This document shows positions 1 through 8,409 of a stretch of 64,000 nucleotides of DNA, in pieces; the stretch's first letter is position 1; the number at the start of each line of letters is the position of its first letter. The stretch lies in the NCBI GenBank assembly GCA_027068435.1, contig JAMOTA010000016.1:15228-79227 (forward strand). Direction: 5' to 3'. Position numbers and translations under genes: made by a program. The notes beneath the pieces are model-generated. The model did not search any database, had not been told where the DNA came from, and worked only from the letters and a program-made list of their open reading frames with translations. This stretch comes from Sulfurovum sp. GTDB lineage: Bacteria; Campylobacterota; Campylobacteria; Campylobacterales; Sulfurovaceae.

Positions 1-12
1 TTAAATAAAAGT

Positions 13-516
13 ATGAGTCAAAAAATACTTGATTATTTTGAACTATTAGAATTAAAAATTTATAAGAAAGATGAAGACTATCAAAAAGATATAGGAGAGG
101 CTAATCTTTTTGATATAAAAGATGAATCAGAAACTCCTAAAGAACCTAAAAAAGGAAAAAATAAATCTTATTATCCAAGAAATAAATTTCGTGCTAAATT
201 AGCTTTAAGTAGAGCAGCATATACATGTGAAATAGATAGTAATCATACTACTTTTATATCTAAAGCAACTAATGAGAACTATGTAGAAGCTCATCACCTA
301 ATACCTTTTAATGTTCAATCAGAGATAGACTATAACCTAGATGTAACACATAATATTGTTTCTCTTTGTCCTAATTGCCATAAAAAAATACATCTTGCTT
401 CATTTAATGATAAAAAGAAAATGTTAGATACTTTATATAATAAACACTTAGAAGGTTTATCAATAGTTCATTTAGATATTGGGATAGATAGTTTATTTAG
501 TATATATAGTGAGTAA
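13..516 (+). CDS. HNH endonuclease domain protein (McrA-like/type IV restriction-like C-terminal HNH), probably 5'-truncated by the window edge
   Basis: Motif YVEAHHLIP...N...CPNCHKKIH plus an upstream Cys (YTCEID). The frame is open from base 1 (TTA AAT AAA AGT), so the true start may lie outside the window. Confidence 0.75.
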   Translation: MSQKILDYFELLELKIYKKDEDYQKDIGEANLFDIKDESETPKEPKKGKNKSYYPRNKFRAKLALSRAAYTCEIDSNHTTFISKATNENYVEAHHLIPFNVQSEIDYNLDVTHNIVSLCPNCHKKIHLASFNDKKKMLDTLYNKHLEGLSIVHLDIGIDSLFSIYSE

Positions 517-570
517 ACTAAAGATTATTATCCACCTACTCTATCAAAACCAACATACAAATTAAATTTA

Positions 571-597
571 AAGGTACTGTCGTAAGACAAGTACCTT
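571..597. terminator. Hairpin between the HNH gene and rnhB (terminator-like)
   Basis: AAGGTACT-GTC-[GTAA]-GAC-A-AGTACCTT: 11-bp stem with one bulge. Confidence 0.5.
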
Positions 598-612
598 ACA
601 AAAGGACAAAAC

Positions 613-1173
613 ATGAAAAAACTACCATTATGTGGCATAGACGAGGCGGGGCGGGGTCCTTTGGCTGGTTCTTTGGTTATGGCTGGGGTTGTGCTTAACA
701 AGCCTGTAGAGGGGTTGATGGACTCTAAGAAGTTGAGTGAGAAGAAGCGTGAGGCTCTTTACCCTCAGGTGGTAGAAAACTCCGACTACCACATCGTCTC
801 TTTTTCTGCACAAGAGGTAGATGAGCTAGGTATCTCTAAATGCCTACACAATGGACTGCTAAGTATTCAGAAACATCTCCCTCATGCTGAGTATCTTTTT
901 GATGGTAACAGTACCTTTGGGGTAGAGAACATTAACACCATGGTAAAAGCCGATGACAAGGTAGCAGAGGTGAGTGCTGCGAGTATCTTGGCTAAGGTGA
1001 CACGTGACAGAGAGATAGTTCAAATGGCTAAGTTGTACCCAGAGTATGGGTTTGAGAAACATAAGGGGTATGGTACTAAAGCTCACATAGAAGCGTTAGT
1101 AGCACACGGTAGGTGTAAGATCCACCGTTTTACCTTTAGAGTAAAAGGTTTAGATGAACCTAAACTTTTTTAA
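613..1173 (+). CDS. rnhB: Ribonuclease HII
   Basis: GIDEAGRGPLAG, DSKKLSEKKRE, KADDKVAEVSAASILAKVTRD, HKGYGT motifs; AAGGA RBS. Confidence 0.97.
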   Translation: MKKLPLCGIDEAGRGPLAGSLVMAGVVLNKPVEGLMDSKKLSEKKREALYPQVVENSDYHIVSFSAQEVDELGISKCLHNGLLSIQKHLPHAEYLFDGNSTFGVENINTMVKADDKVAEVSAASILAKVTRDREIVQMAKLYPEYGFEKHKGYGTKAHIEALVAHGRCKIHRFTFRVKGLDEPKLF

Positions 1174-1176
1174 CCT

Positions 1177-2508
1177 TTAGAATTTTTTTCCATTGACTGT
1201 AAGTTTACCTTTACTGTAAGTAGCGTTGTAAACTTTTTTACCCTCTTTGTCTTTAGGAGGCATCATCATAAGGAACATCATCACTTTTTTATCTTCTGCT
1301 AGGAGTGCAAAAAGTTCTGTTGATACAGAGAGGTTTAACGTACTATCCATTTTGTCCAATACTGCTAAGATGTTTTCTGAAGCGGCTTTAACATCTAACG
1401 ATTTGTCTATGGAAACCATAGCATCCAAATCAAAACCTTGCATCGTTTTACCCATGTATGTCACCTCTTCTACAGAGAAGTCTGGTATGCTCATCTTTAC
1501 CCCTTTAGAGAGTATTTGTTGAATCATTTCATTGATGGCTTTTTCATCTTCTATATCTATGTTTTGAAGGGTATCAAATGCACTAATATCAAGGTTATTT
1601 ACTTCAAAATCAAAAACCAATTTTCTCATTTTTTGCGTCTCGTTACCTAGTGTCAACTCTGCATTATCTAGGGTAATATTCATCATACTTTTGAGTAATG
1701 CTTTACTTACAATATTACTAGCTTTCACGTTAATGTTATGTATCAATAGTTTTATGTTAAGAAGTGAAGTATCATAAAACTCTATCTTCTCTACGTTATA
1801 CTCTGATTTCATATCATACTTAGATGTACCAGTATGTATGTAGCTAGAGGTTATGTTTGTAAGAGTGATACTCATACTTGTGTCAGAAAGCAATGCAAAT
1901 TGTTTTAAACTCTGTTTCACATTTTGTACTCTGTTCTCTTTTATATCTCCAGAAAAGAGTAATGCTTTAGAGAGAATAGTAATCTTCTCTTCTTCACTTT
2001 TAAATGTTTCATTGATGTCTTTTAAATACCCTTTAAAGCCTGTAAGAAGTTTGTTTATATCTACATGAAGAAGTAGGGCTTTATCTGTAATGAGACTGTT
2101 TACTCTTGCAAAAGTTGCGTTGTCCTCTCTCATTTCATCTTGTATCTCTTGTGGAAGTGCTACTGGATAAAGATCTAAAGATAAGGCACTGTAAACATCT
2201 GCAAGATAGTTTACATCTACACCTAGTTGAACCCCTTTAAAGGCTAGCATATCTTCTTTTTTTACCTTAGTACCTTTTTCATTGAGGTAGGCTGTTATTT
2301 TATCGGTATCTTTAAAACAAAGAACAAAATGTTCACTCTTCTCTTTAATCTCTCTTTGGGTAATACTAAAACCTCTCTTCTCTAAAACCTTTAGCTCACT
2401 TTGAACTTGCTCTTTTATCACTTTTGTTACTTCTTCTGAAGCCGTTGCAAAAAGGTATGCACCTAAAAGTAATAATACACCTACTATAGATAGTCCTAAT
2501 TTTTTCAT
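1177..2508 (-). CDS. Membrane-anchored hypothetical protein (YdgA/DUF945-like)
   Basis: 443-aa ORF with an N-terminal hydrophobic anchor and C-terminal KGKLTVNGKKF, typical of YdgA-like proteins. Family call from pattern only. Confidence 0.55.
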   Translation of the reverse strand: MKKLGLSIVGVLLLLGAYLFATASEEVTKVIKEQVQSELKVLEKRGFSITQREIKEKSEHFVLCFKDTDKITAYLNEKGTKVKKEDMLAFKGVQLGVDVNYLADVYSALSLDLYPVALPQEIQDEMREDNATFARVNSLITDKALLLHVDINKLLTGFKGYLKDINETFKSEEEKITILSKALLFSGDIKENRVQNVKQSLKQFALLSDTSMSITLTNITSSYIHTGTSKYDMKSEYNVEKIEFYDTSLLNIKLLIHNINVKASNIVSKALLKSMMNITLDNAELTLGNETQKMRKLVFDFEVNNLDISAFDTLQNIDIEDEKAINEMIQQILSKGVKMSIPDFSVEEVTYMGKTMQGFDLDAMVSIDKSLDVKAASENILAVLDKMDSTLNLSVSTELFALLAEDKKVMMFLMMMPPKDKEGKKVYNATYSKGKLTVNGKKF

Positions 2509-2533
2509 CTAATTTCCCTTAATTTAATTAATT

Positions 2534-3610
2534 TTATTTCTTATAGATGGCTTGTAGATGCTCCATCTTTTTACCCATGTTTAGTAGGGTCATATCTGCT
2601 AAGGTAAGTGCCATCATCGCTTCACATACCACTGCACCACGAACAGCAACACAAGGGTCATGACGCCCTTTGAGGTTACACTTTACCTCTTCATCATGAA
2701 CAGTAAGTGTATCTTGCTCTTGAAAGATAGAAGGGGTGGGTTTAAAGTGTGTTTTAACCACGATAGTGTCACCATTGGAGATACCTCCTAAAATACCCCC
2801 TGCATGGTTACTCTTAAAACCTTTAGCGGTTATCTCATCGTTGTTTTCACTCCCTTTAAGGTGTGTACTTGCTACGCCATCGCCTATCTCTACAGCTTTG
2901 GCTGCATTGATACCCATCATCGCTTCTGCTAAGATGGCATCGAGTTTGTAGTAGAGAGGTTCACCTAAACCTACAGGTACACCTGTAGCTGTAGTTAGTA
3001 CCACCCCACCTACAGAGTCATGATTCTCTTTAGCTATTAAGATAGCTTCCTCTTGTGCTTTTTCCATGTTTGGGTCAAGAGCGTTCATCTTAGAGGCTCT
3101 TGCGTGTGCAAAGTCTTGTACTTCACTCTTAATGCCATCTACTTCACAGACACCACCTTGAACCTCTATACCTAACGCTTTAAGCATCAGTTTTGCTATG
3201 GCTCCACCTGCTACTCTTGCTGCTGTCTCTCTAGCAGAACTTCTTCCACCACCACGGTAGTCTCTTAGTCCATACTTGTGAAAGTAAGTATAGTCTGCAT
3301 GTCCAGGGCGAAAAAGGTCTTTTACATTGTCATAATCTCTTGACTTTTGGTTGGTGTTAAAGATAACCATGGCTATGGGAGTACCTGTACTCAAGCCCTC
3401 AAAAGTACCAGAGAGAATTTCAAATTTGTCATCCTCTTTTCTTCCTGTCTCTAGTTTACTCTTTCCTGGTTTTCTACGGTCAAGTTCAGACTGAATGAAC
3501 GCTTCATCTATCTGTAGTCCTGCGGGTACTCCATCGAGTATGCACCCTAAGGCTTTACCATGAGATTCACCAAAAGTAGTAAGGGTTAGTTTTTTTCCAA
3601 AGATATTCAT
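2534..3610 (-). CDS. aroC: Chorismate synthase
   Basis: [41 protein letters not shown] signatures. Confidence 0.98.
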   Translation of the reverse strand: MNIFGKKLTLTTFGESHGKALGCILDGVPAGLQIDEAFIQSELDRRKPGKSKLETGRKEDDKFEILSGTFEGLSTGTPIAMVIFNTNQKSRDYDNVKDLFRPGHADYTYFHKYGLRDYRGGGRSSARETAARVAGGAIAKLMLKALGIEVQGGVCEVDGIKSEVQDFAHARASKMNALDPNMEKAQEEAILIAKENHDSVGGVVLTTATGVPVGLGEPLYYKLDAILAEAMMGINAAKAVEIGDGVASTHLKGSENNDEITAKGFKSNHAGGILGGISNGDTIVVKTHFKPTPSIFQEQDTLTVHDEEVKCNLKGRHDPCVAVRGAVVCEAMMALTLADMTLLNMGKKMEHLQAIYKK

Positions 3611-4278
3611 ACTTTTAGTGCCTCCAACGCTATTTTGGCAGCTTTTTGCTGTGCCTCTTTTTTACTTTTACCTTTTGCTGAAGCGATAGTTTTTTCATCA
3701 AGAACAATAGCAATCTCAAACTCTTTTTTGTGATCTGGACCTGAAGAACCTAACATCTCATAAAGTGGTGTAACCCCATGAGTAGCTTGAGTTAACTCTT
3801 GTAGAGCTGTTTTATAATCTTTAGACAAAGATTGTAAGTCTATTTTAGGGTGACACTCTTCTAGTAGTTTTACTGAAATCTCTTTTACGACATTTAACCC
3901 TGCTTCAAGGTAGATAGCACCCATTACTGCTTCAAAAGCGTTAGAGAGCAGAGAGGCTTTGTTTCTTCCGTTGTTATTCTCTTCTGCCACAGAGAGATAG
4001 ATATATTCTCCTAGTTTTATCTCTTTTGCTAAAAGGGTAAAACCACTCTCATTTACCAAAGATGCTCTCATCTTAGAGAGTACTCCCTCGTTAGAGCTAG
4101 GAAACTTAAAAAAGAGATACTCACCAACTACAAGGTCAAGTACTGCATCTCCTAAAAATTCAAGCCGCTCATTATTGTAAGGCTTTTTATCACTTTTATG
4201 CGTCAAAGCCTCAATAATCAATTGCTTGTTCTCAAATGTATAGTTCAGTCTTTTTTCAAGTTGACTGTAGTCGTTCAT
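3607..4278 (-). CDS. rnc: Ribonuclease III
   Basis: [12 protein letters not shown] signature plus C-terminal dsRBD (GPDHKKEF...AQQKAA); 4-bp overlap with aroC. Confidence 0.98.
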   Translation of the reverse strand: MNDYSQLEKRLNYTFENKQLIIEALTHKSDKKPYNNERLEFLGDAVLDLVVGEYLFFKFPSSNEGVLSKMRASLVNESGFTLLAKEIKLGEYIYLSVAEENNNGRNKASLLSNAFEAVMGAIYLEAGLNVVKEISVKLLEECHPKIDLQSLSKDYKTALQELTQATHGVTPLYEMLGSSGPDHKKEFEIAIVLDEKTIASAKGKSKKEAQQKAAKIALEALKV

Positions 4279-4306
4279 TGTATATTCCTTTTGTTGTTTA
4301 TTTATG

Positions 4307-5368
4307 TTACTGAAAATTTACATTATCAGCATAAAGTGCATAGTGTTTTGTACTGGCTTTTACGATAGTCTCTTCAACTTTTATGGAGGTAATCGCCATA
4401 CAGTTAGGACAACGATAAAAAGCCATAGGAGAGTTCTGCTTACATTTTTTACACAGATAAGAGAAGAGTAACTCTCCCTCTTCAAATCCACTTTGTTTAG
4501 CAGTAGCTAACATATCTAAGTAAAATACTCCACTTTTTACCATGGGTTCTTGCAAATACCCCCTTACATAGTACAGTGTGCGTAAGTATTCATTATCCAT
4601 AATTATATCTAAATCGAGTTGTGAATTTGGTAAGAACCATAAGATGTCAATCAGCTCATCTAATCGTGTTGCATCTACCATTTTCCATGCTAGTTTAGTG
4701 TCTAGTTGAAGTACAATACTGATGATTTGCCTATAGAGTTTTGGCTCCTCTTTTAACAAAGATTGTAACTTTTCTAACTTCTCTTTAGTTTCCATACGCT
4801 TGTTTGACTTTAAAGCAGATAAATCTAAAAACTTTGAGAGTACTGTTGTCTCTTCGCCTAGTATGCTTAAGGGTTCTAATATCTCTTTTGATTTATCAAA
4901 TTTATGCAGCATCTCATAGACAACACCTAGCTCATACAGTACCTGTACACTTCGTGGTTTTTTACGAAGTATCTCTACGTAAATACTTCTTGCACGCTCT
5001 AAAAAACCTGCATGTAAGTAAGTGTTTCCTAGTCTCTCCATCAGTTCTACTTTACCTAAATCACTACTAATATTTTTAATAAGATAGAGGTAAATATTGA
5101 TAGATTTATGGTATTCACCAGAGTTTTCAAAGGCTTTTGCTAATAGGCTAAGTGGCTTCATCATATGGGTTTCAAAAGGCATGTCAGTGGTGTCTAAAGC
5201 ACACTCTGCACTCTCAAACTTATCTAAAAATTTTAGAAGGTTTCCCTCCTCTTTTTGCTGTTTGAATACCCCCCAAGCATATGTAGCAAGAGCAATAATA
5301 AGAGCAATAATAACAATAAGTAAAATACTAAAAAGTGGATCATTATATGCAGGTAAAATACTTTCCAA
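4307..5368 (-). CDS. TPR membrane protein with C-terminal CxxC/CxxC rubredoxin-like knuckle (LapB-like)
   Basis: Start reassigned to TTG at 5368 (AAAGGC RBS) because the longer ORF overlaps dnaG. N-terminal TM helix, TPR-like helices, CKKC...CPNC. Confidence 0.75.
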   Translation of the reverse strand: MESILPAYNDPLFSILLIVIIALIIALATYAWGVFKQQKEEGNLLKFLDKFESAECALDTTDMPFETHMMKPLSLLAKAFENSGEYHKSINIYLYLIKNISSDLGKVELMERLGNTYLHAGFLERARSIYVEILRKKPRSVQVLYELGVVYEMLHKFDKSKEILEPLSILGEETTVLSKFLDLSALKSNKRMETKEKLEKLQSLLKEEPKLYRQIISIVLQLDTKLAWKMVDATRLDELIDILWFLPNSQLDLDIIMDNEYLRTLYYVRGYLQEPMVKSGVFYLDMLATAKQSGFEEGELLFSYLCKKCKQNSPMAFYRCPNCMAITSIKVEETIVKASTKHYALYADNVNFQ

Positions 5369-5416
5369 AGTTTTGCCTTTTGTGAAAATTATAAAAATAG
5401 TGATTTTTTGTCTTAG

Positions 5417-5438
5417 ATTATATCTAATTAGATATAAT
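5417..5438. promoter_or_regulatory. Symmetric bidirectional promoter: perfect 22-bp palindrome carrying TATAAT on both strands
   Basis: ATTATATCTAATTAGATATAAT is its own reverse complement. The + strand TATAAT (5433-5438) ends 6 nt before the dnaG ATG. Confidence 0.7.
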
Positions 5439-5444
5439 TCTACT

Positions 5445-7100
5445 ATGATAGATAACGCTTCGATTGAATCTCTAAAAAACAATATTGACATAGTAGATGT
5501 GATAGGTAATTTTATAGAACTGCGTAAAGCAGGTGCAAACTATAAAGCAAACTGCCCGTTTCATGGAGAGAAGACCCCCTCTTTTGTCGTAAGCCCAAGT
5601 AAACAGATTTACCACTGTTTTGGTTGTGGAGTAGGTGGAGATAGCATTAAGTTTGTTATGGAACTTGAAAAACTCTCTTACCCTGAGTCTATAGAAAAAC
5701 TCGCTTCCATGTATAACTTTTCACTCTCTTACTCTAAAGGTAGTTCAGACTACTCAGATGCAAAAAGGGTGCTTGAGACCATACAGACATGGTATGTGAA
5801 AAACTTAGAGAACAATGATACAGCAAAACAGTACCTCTTAAGTAGAGGTGTTTCACAAAACTCCATAGAACACTTTGGCATAGGGTATGTTCCTGAGGGT
5901 GCTTCAGTAATGCACTTTTTAAATGCTACACTTCTACCCATGCCTAAAGCTATGGAAGCAGGAATCATTGCTCAAGGTGAGAATGGAGGTTTTTATGCTC
6001 GTTTAGTAGAGCGTATCACTTTTCCTATCTTCTCTGCAAGTGGTTCCGTTGTAGGGTTTGGGGGACGTACCATAAGCAACCACCCAGCAAAGTACATCAA
6101 CTCTCCTCAAACTAAACTCTTTAACAAGTCACGTCTGCTTTATGGTTACAACTTAGCAAAAGAGAGTATTTACAAAAACAAAAAGCTTATTGTCTGTGAG
6201 GGGTACCTTGATGTAGTGATGTTCCATCAAGCAGGTTTCACAGAAGCCGTAGCAAGTATGGGAACAGCACTTACTCCTGAACATTTACCCCTCTTAAGAA
6301 AGGGTGAACCTAAAGTTATCTTGGCGTATGATGGAGACAAAGCGGGAGTAGCTGCTGCACTAAAAGCTGCACAGATGTTAGCCATAGCCAACTTCGATGG
6401 AGGAGTCGTACTATTTCCTGATGGACAAGACCCCGCAGACCTCATAGCCAAAGGAGAGAGTGAAGCAGTAGCTAAACTACTTCGTGAAGCCAAACCTCTC
6501 ATACCTTTTGTGTTAGAAAAACTCATTTACAGTTATGACCTAAATGACCCTCGTGCAAAAGAGGCTGCTTTTGGAACAGCTAGACAATTTTTAGAAGGCT
6601 TAAGCCAAATCATCAAAGATGCGTACATCCCTATGGCTGCCACACTTTTAGGCGTAGCTCCTGCACTATTTGGTGGACAGACACAACCTAGTAGAGCAAG
6701 AGAGAGTTTTAGCCAAAGAAAAGATGACATAGCCCAGTTGAGCATACTCAAAACTCTATTAGAAAAACCAGAACTTATAGATAGTGTTCTAGATGTTATA
6801 GATGTCAATATGTTTGGAGGTTACGCAGGACTTTTTTCAGCACTTATCAATGGAGAGAGTGAACAACCACAAGTGAGAAGTTTAGCAGTAGATGAGAGTT
6901 TACAAGTAATGAATGAAGAGGAGTTACAAAGTGTGTTACGTAACTTTCTAATTAGACATTATGATATTAAGCTAAAGGATATTGTAGCAGATAGAGATAT
7001 GCCTTTTAGCAAGAAGAGTTTTTTGATACGTAAAATAAAAGCTGATATAATTCCAAGATTAAAAAAAGGAGAACTAGTAGTCTATGAAACCAACTGGTAA
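5445..7100 (+). CDS. dnaG: DNA primase
   Basis: Start reassigned to ATG 5445 (MIDNASIESLKNNIDIVDVIG); CPFH...HCFGC zinc finger, KYINSPQT, EGYLDV, YDGDKAG TOPRIM. Confidence 0.97.
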   Translation: MIDNASIESLKNNIDIVDVIGNFIELRKAGANYKANCPFHGEKTPSFVVSPSKQIYHCFGCGVGGDSIKFVMELEKLSYPESIEKLASMYNFSLSYSKGSSDYSDAKRVLETIQTWYVKNLENNDTAKQYLLSRGVSQNSIEHFGIGYVPEGASVMHFLNATLLPMPKAMEAGIIAQGENGGFYARLVERITFPIFSASGSVVGFGGRTISNHPAKYINSPQTKLFNKSRLLYGYNLAKESIYKNKKLIVCEGYLDVVMFHQAGFTEAVASMGTALTPEHLPLLRKGEPKVILAYDGDKAGVAAALKAAQMLAIANFDGGVVLFPDGQDPADLIAKGESEAVAKLLREAKPLIPFVLEKLIYSYDLNDPRAKEAAFGTARQFLEGLSQIIKDAYIPMAATLLGVAPALFGGQTQPSRARESFSQRKDDIAQLSILKTLLEKPELIDSVLDVIDVNMFGGYAGLFSALINGESEQPQVRSLAVDESLQVMNEEELQSVLRNFLIRHYDIKLKDIVADRDMPFSKKSFLIRKIKADIIPRLKKGELVVYETNW

Positions 7101-8091
7101 AGTACGTGCATTAGCAATGTTTAGTGGAGGGCTTGATAGTATGATTGCTATTAAGCTTATGGTAGACCAAGGTGTAGAGGTTATTGCCCTACATATCAAG
7201 ATAGGATTTAGTGGAACTAAAGATATCTCTGAAATTATGAAACAACGTGCTAACATGGCAGGTGCTGAGTTTAAAATAGTCGATGTGAGAGAGGAGTATA
7301 TTCAAAATATTCTCTTTGATCCTGTATATGGGTATGGGAAGAACTTTAACCCTTGTATTGACTGTCATGGGTACATGTTCAAAATAGCCAAAGCGATGAT
7401 GCCTGAATTAGGGGCTTCTTTTATCTTTACTGGTGAAGTGATAGGACAACGTCCTATGAGTCAACGCCATGATGCCATGAAACAAGTAGCTAAGTTAGCT
7501 AATGACAGAGAAGATAAGCTTATCGTTCGTCCAATGTCTGCAAAGCTCATGGAAGAGACTACTCCTGAGTTAGAGGGGTGGATAGACAGAGAGAAGCTAC
7601 TTGATATTACAGGTCGTAGCCGTGAACGTCAACTGGCTATGGCAAAAGAGTATGGGTGGGAGGACTATGAGTCTCCAGGAGGAGGGTGTCTTCTGACAGA
7701 GTCTCACTACTCTGAGCGTATTAGTGAGTTTATCAGCTTTGATACATTTGAAGTAGAAGATATAGAACTCCTCAAGTTTGGTCGTCACTTTAGACTTCCT
7801 GATGGTGCAAAACTAGCTGTAGGAAGAAATAAAGAGGATAATGAAGGGTTACAAAACATACAGAGTGATAAGTATGTCATAGTAAAACTCCCTATAGGAG
7901 GACCTTTTTCACTTTTAAGTACAAACGCAAGTAGTGAAGACAAAGATTTAGCAGCAAAACTAGCCATAACATATGCTAAAAGTTCAGTAGAGGATTGCTA
8001 TGATGTTGAGATAGGAGAAGAGACACTAAGTGTTTCACCCTTTGCACAAAAAAGTGAAGCACAAGCCTACTTTTTTAATGCAAAAAATTAA
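7084..8091 (+). CDS. PP-loop ATPase of the tRNA-thiolase (ThiI/MnmA-like) group
   Basis: FSGGLDS PP-loop, NPCIDCH, TGEVIGQRPMSQ, GGGCLLT; overlaps the dnaG 3' end. Confidence 0.75.
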   Translation: MKPTGKVRALAMFSGGLDSMIAIKLMVDQGVEVIALHIKIGFSGTKDISEIMKQRANMAGAEFKIVDVREEYIQNILFDPVYGYGKNFNPCIDCHGYMFKIAKAMMPELGASFIFTGEVIGQRPMSQRHDAMKQVAKLANDREDKLIVRPMSAKLMEETTPELEGWIDREKLLDITGRSRERQLAMAKEYGWEDYESPGGGCLLTESHYSERISEFISFDTFEVEDIELLKFGRHFRLPDGAKLAVGRNKEDNEGLQNIQSDKYVIVKLPIGGPFSLLSTNASSEDKDLAAKLAITYAKSSVEDCYDVEIGEETLSVSPFAQKSEAQAYFFNAKN

Positions 8092-8113
8092 ATTATAATA
8101 ATAAGGAACAAAA

Positions 8114-8392
8114 ATGAAAGCAAGTGCAAGACATATATTGGTTAATAGTGAAGCGTTATGTATGGAACTAAAAGAGAAAATAAACGCTGGTGAGATAAGT
8201 TTTGAGGAAGCAGCAAAAGAAAACTCTACTTGTCCATCAGGTGCAAGTGGTGGAGCATTAGGAACATTTGGTCAAGGTCAGATGGTACCAGAGTTTGATA
8301 AAGTGGTTTTTAATGACGAAGTAGGAGTAGTACACGGTCCTGTGCAGACACAGTTTGGGTATCACCTTCTTGAGATAACAGAGCGTTCTTAA
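8114..8392 (+). CDS. ppiC: Parvulin-type peptidyl-prolyl isomerase
   Basis: ARHILV, STCPSG..GGALG.F..GQMVPEFD, TQFGYHL. Confidence 0.92.
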   Translation: MKASARHILVNSEALCMELKEKINAGEISFEEAAKENSTCPSGASGGALGTFGQGQMVPEFDKVVFNDEVGVVHGPVQTQFGYHLLEITERS

Positions 8393-8409
8393 ACTACTAG
8401 CCTTTACAG

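Noticed and set aside
5097-5444. N-terminal 116-aa extension of dnaG and the reciprocal extension of the TPR ORF (apparent long antisense overlap)
   Set aside because: Both proteins have recognisable starts at 5445 and 5368 with a promoter between them; the extensions are ORF-caller artefacts.
7084-8091. Argininosuccinate synthase or a definite mnmA/thiI assignment
   Set aside because: Only the PP-loop and Cys motifs are shared; there is no THUMP domain or other diagnostic feature, so no symbol was given.
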